Part shown: piece after piece, positions 60,570-64,000 of the stretch
How the letters are laid out: the number at the start of each line of letters is the position of its first letter
Numbering within the stretch: the stretch's first letter is position 1
Sequence record: MK573636
Length of the DNA: 64,000 nucleotides
From: Escherichia phage vB_EcoM_PHB13
Reading direction: 5' to 3' (one strand)
Made by a program: the position numbers and the translations under genes
The notes under the pieces: model-generated
The model's database searches: none
Told to the model about the DNA's origin: nothing
What the model saw: the letters and a program-made list of their open reading frames with translations, nothing else

Positions 60570-62296
60570 TAAAAGTTCCCCATATTAATTGTACCGGGGG
60601 CATCAATTCTAGTTGTTGGTGCACCCTGTTTAATAGTTCTATTGTTTGTTACAATTTGTGTATTATTTACGTTTGAGGTCTGATTTGTCGTTTGTTGCTG
60701 GATTGCAGCTTGTTTCTGCATTTGTTCAGTACGTTCCGCTTGTTTTGCTGTTTCCGTTTCAGTTGCAGGAACAGGATTAGTTGGAACCACACCATTAGTT
60801 TTATCAGCATACATCTCATCAAATTTTTCAATAAGACGCTCTAACTGAGAACGATCACTTTCAACTAATGTAGGATCTTGAACTTGCTCACGGTAAACAT
60901 CAATATCCTTTTTCAACTCTACCATTCTTTCTTTGTCATAGTCACCGCTCAAATTCTCCATAACTTCATTAATATTATTGATCGCACCCTCGCTTTTAAT
61001 TCTAAGTTTACGACTAGCAGATCGTTGTTCAGCAGAAACAGACTTGTATTCCCCTCGTTTTAATTCTTCTTGTCGTTTCTCTGCGTCAACATCCTTTTGA
61101 TCTCTCCAGCCCAGACTAACAAGACCTTCATTAAATTTATCTTTAATAGATTCGCCTATGGCCTCGCCAATATCACGGGCTTTTCCTGTCCATCCTGTGC
61201 GCTCTCCATATTTGTCTTCTTCGTGTTCAGACTCGACCTTATCCATTAATTCGAGTTCTCTGTCATTTGGCTTATAGCCTTTAGCAACAGCAGACTTTAA
61301 AGCACCGTATTCTAAATTATCGGCATAATCACCCATACCAGGGATCATGCGAAGAATTTTAGCAATACCAGTAGTGATAATTCGATCAAGTTGGATAAAG
61401 GTTTTATAGAATGCATCACCAATACCCATAACCAGCGATTTAATTAATTCTTTATATTCTCCTTTAGACCAATAATCTCGAACCTGACGAACAGTAGTTA
61501 AAATATCGCTAATAGGACCAGCCCATCCTCCGGCCTTATCCATAAATTCATTGAATTTTGTTTCGAATAAATCACTCCAATATCTGAAATGAACCATCAG
61601 GGTATCAATAACAAAAACAATACCCAGCAAAATAGCACCCCATTTTGCGGCTTCTGCCATTGCGGTTAAGGTGATCTTAAATAACATCCCTAAGACCTTA
61701 TTAGAGATTCCTATGGTTTCTTTAAATCCACCACGAACAACTTTAATAAGATTTTCCATAGAGTCTTTATCTAACTCTTTCCTTTTCTTCTTTTTGTCTT
61801 CCTGTTCAGGTTTCCTCTTAGGGAGATTCTGATAATTGTCGTTGTTAGGTTGTTCAGGGACAGTAGGCAAAACTGGCTGAGGTGATGGCATTGTTTGCGG
61901 TTGTTCCGGTTTTTTCAGTGCTTCTTCAATCGCACCAATACCGCTAGCCATTTTACTGACAACACCAAATCTACGTTCCATCATAACACCAAAACCACGT
62001 AATTTCTCATTCATCTGAGAAGAGAAATTATTGAGTTTTTGCAATTCTTCATAAGTTTTTTGGGTATTGCCAGCGGTAGATTGTGTATTTTCTGCCGTCA
62101 ATTCATTGGCTGCGGTGTTATCCTCTACCGCACCAACAACTTCATTAGATTTTTGTTCCACTGTCTCCGCCACCAATTCGGTAGCGGCTTGCAAATTATC
62201 AATAGAATCAAGTTTATCTAATTTGTTAAGTTTATCAATCGGGTTTTCTTCCGCTTCCTTGCGCATCCCGCGAAATGATGTTAATGCGTCATTCAT
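60569..62296 (-). CDS. 29: baseplate hub / tail-length determinator gp29
   Basis: 575-aa ORF, size close to T4 gp29 (590 aa), in the 28-29-48 order. Confidence 0.7.
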   Translation of the reverse strand: MNDALTSFRGMRKEAEENPIDKLNKLDKLDSIDNLQAATELVAETVEQKSNEVVGAVEDNTAANELTAENTQSTAGNTQKTYEELQKLNNFSSQMNEKLRGFGVMMERRFGVVSKMASGIGAIEEALKKPEQPQTMPSPQPVLPTVPEQPNNDNYQNLPKRKPEQEDKKKKRKELDKDSMENLIKVVRGGFKETIGISNKVLGMLFKITLTAMAEAAKWGAILLGIVFVIDTLMVHFRYWSDLFETKFNEFMDKAGGWAGPISDILTTVRQVRDYWSKGEYKELIKSLVMGIGDAFYKTFIQLDRIITTGIAKILRMIPGMGDYADNLEYGALKSAVAKGYKPNDRELELMDKVESEHEEDKYGERTGWTGKARDIGEAIGESIKDKFNEGLVSLGWRDQKDVDAEKRQEELKRGEYKSVSAEQRSASRKLRIKSEGAINNINEVMENLSGDYDKERMVELKKDIDVYREQVQDPTLVESDRSQLERLIEKFDEMYADKTNGVVPTNPVPATETETAKQAERTEQMQKQAAIQQQTTNQTSNVNNTQIVTNNRTIKQGAPTTRIDAPGTINMGNF

Positions 62297-62811
62297 GATA
62301 GGCGATCCAATATGTTAATTCCACCATAGATAGTACCTTCCGGTGTATCCAGTGCAATAGTTTTTCTTAATCCTGTAGCCCAATCCATAATAAAAGCTGG
62401 GAAATCATGGAAGTCTACGCTAGGATCGTGATAATGATGACTCAAGAAATCAGCGTCATCGATAATGGGGTCAGAAGTATACATTGGATTTTTAAATTTA
62501 AAGACTTTACCATTTAAAGTAAATTCAGTCTCTGTACAAATATACACATCAGACAGCTTAAGACCATCTTTTTCTTCCAGACACTTACCATTAAACGCAC
62601 AAAGGTTAAGCATAACCAATTCAGACTCGGCAGCGTTTAACCCAGGACAGATTGAATCAAGAAGAATCTTTAATGTTTCATCACAGCTACGAACATCTTT
62701 TAATAATCGATGTTGCTTAATCCCCATTTTTGGGATCTTAATATGTTTCCCGTTTATCTCTAATTTTTTTACAGGAACAACAAATTTTAACATAGGTTTA
62801 GTTTCTGTCAT
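62293..62811 (-). CDS. 28: baseplate hub distal subunit gp28
   Basis: 172-aa ORF, size close to T4 gp28 (177 aa); overlaps neighbours by 1-4 nt. Confidence 0.65.
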   Translation of the reverse strand: MTETKPMLKFVVPVKKLEINGKHIKIPKMGIKQHRLLKDVRSCDETLKILLDSICPGLNAAESELVMLNLCAFNGKCLEEKDGLKLSDVYICTETEFTLNGKVFKFKNPMYTSDPIIDDADFLSHHYHDPSVDFHDFPAFIMDWATGLRKTIALDTPEGTIYGGINILDRLS

Positions 62812-63920
62812 TATATCTTACCTTCAAATTTGACTTCCTGTAATTCTTCGCTGTTACCGATCATATACAGGTGAGTTAATGATTGCTCTCGGCTAATTTC
62901 ATGCACAACTTCGTCAACAATAAAATCATTGCGTGCTTGTTGCTTCTCATCAAAGAATCGAATAACCATACCGGGGCGCAACGAAAAATTACCGTGACAC
63001 ACGGCGGTAGCATATGAATCATATTGTTCTATTGTGGCAAGTTTAGAACCTTCCAAAAACGCATTCTTATAAGTTAAATCGCCATAAGCGCCACCATGAG
63101 CAAAGTGTGCAATATTATCCCCATTACCAACAATAATTTTATTATACTGCTTAGTAACAAAATCAATAGTTGTGTATGTCACATTGCTAAACGAATTTTT
63201 AACTTTAGCATTGCTCTTAGTCTGCCATTCGAAATTAAAAACCATCAGATTAGGCGACATATCAATAAATTGCCCCATGAGTCTAGGCTCACAGATTATA
63301 GCTGGTATTGGCTCATTTTTTAGTATTGTATCGTGTCCAGCGATCGTTATACCATCAAAATCTTCCCAGCAATACACGAAAGACTCTGTTTCTACGCTTT
63401 GCCCGTATGCCCTCACAAAATCCATATAGTCATTTATGGTACTAACCCACGGACAACGAGGAATAACAACGTTATCACCCTTTATAGTAGGTTTCCATAA
63501 AGGAACTTCCTTATAGATGGCATCAATCATGCTAGTTACGTTATTAACCGCGTTATTTGTCAATGAGCGAGAAAATTTAAGGTTTAATGTTTCGTGATAG
63601 CTCTTTAACTGGAATGTTAAAATATTGTCGGATTTTTGGTCAATTGTTACATTACTATGAGAGATCCCATAGATTCGGTTAAACACTTCATCTGTATTAG
63701 CAGTGGATAGCGAAATCTGAATGATCTCTCTCCCGTTTAATTTTGTATGCATCGCCTTATTATCATAGAATTGCAACAATCCTTCATTCACCCCACGAAT
63801 CGAATCACGCAGAGTCATTGTAACAAAGGTAGCACCCAACTCTATAAAGCGATGATTTAGAAATGCCTCATAATCCTGATAAAGTTTTATTGAGACATTA
63901 GGAAACCCCGTTCTTTGCAT
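62811..63920 (-). CDS. 27: baseplate hub subunit gp27
   Basis: 369-aa ORF, size close to T4 gp27 (391 aa); synteny 51-27-28-29-48-54. Confidence 0.7.
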   Translation of the reverse strand: MQRTGFPNVSIKLYQDYEAFLNHRFIELGATFVTMTLRDSIRGVNEGLLQFYDNKAMHTKLNGREIIQISLSTANTDEVFNRIYGISHSNVTIDQKSDNILTFQLKSYHETLNLKFSRSLTNNAVNNVTSMIDAIYKEVPLWKPTIKGDNVVIPRCPWVSTINDYMDFVRAYGQSVETESFVYCWEDFDGITIAGHDTILKNEPIPAIICEPRLMGQFIDMSPNLMVFNFEWQTKSNAKVKNSFSNVTYTTIDFVTKQYNKIIVGNGDNIAHFAHGGAYGDLTYKNAFLEGSKLATIEQYDSYATAVCHGNFSLRPGMVIRFFDEKQQARNDFIVDEVVHEISREQSLTHLYMIGNSEELQEVKFEGKI

Positions 63921-64000
63921 TATTTGCCTCTTTTACGTCTTTCTCGACCAGTGTCAGCGCAATGTTTCTCTCAATCGGTAACATATCCATAAGATCACTG
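63920..64000 (-). CDS. 51: 3' end of the baseplate hub assembly gene (gp51-like), partial
   Basis: - strand reading frame open to the window edge, ending with a TAATG overlap onto the gp27 start. Confidence 0.45.

Noticed and set aside
1-64000. tRNA genes, integrase or prophage attachment sites.
   Set aside because: No cloverleaf-like conserved tRNA features (T-loop GTTCGAAT-type motifs in context) or recombinase-like ORFs were recognised; gene content is that of a lytic T4-like phage.

Overview
This window is a T4-like (Tevenvirinae) myovirus genome segment, colinear with the T4 map but in reverse-complement orientation. Early genes are on the + strand and late structural genes on the - strand. 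Gene order: dexA, a mob-like HNH gene, a fused gene 39/60 topoisomerase subunit, rIIA, rIIB, gene 52, a run of small early ORFs, then holin t and long-tail-fibre genes 37-36-35-34 (- strand), rnh, dsbA, 33, 59, 32, frd, td, nrdA, nrdB, rnlA, a spanin pair, pseT, cd, 31, DNA ligase 30, a long hyperplastic region of small ORFs, alt plus a second ADP-ribosyltransferase, and baseplate genes 54-48-29-28-27 with the end of 51 (- strand). No motA/asiA homologues, tRNAs, CRISPR arrays or integrases were seen. The window is densely populated by repeated early-promoter cassettes with a stem-loop embedded in the spacer, matching the PeSL elements I recall being described for RB49-like phages. The best candidates for something undescribed are (i) a translationally coupled operon at 52676-54731 encoding a cytosine-C5 methyltransferase-like core, a zinc-ribbon protein and a DUF262/ParB-like protein, and (ii) an array of six divergent paralogues sharing an H-x-H-W ... 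LAVDV motif at 48220-51599. Other notable points are a thymidylate synthase with a ~125-aa insertion, an HNH-AP2 endonuclease gene broken at an A7 tract, and a recurring GGGGGC-GAAA-GCCCCC hairpin at three gene junctions. All calls rest on reading the sequence and recalled homology; no database search was run and coordinates of small motifs may be off by 1-2 nt.
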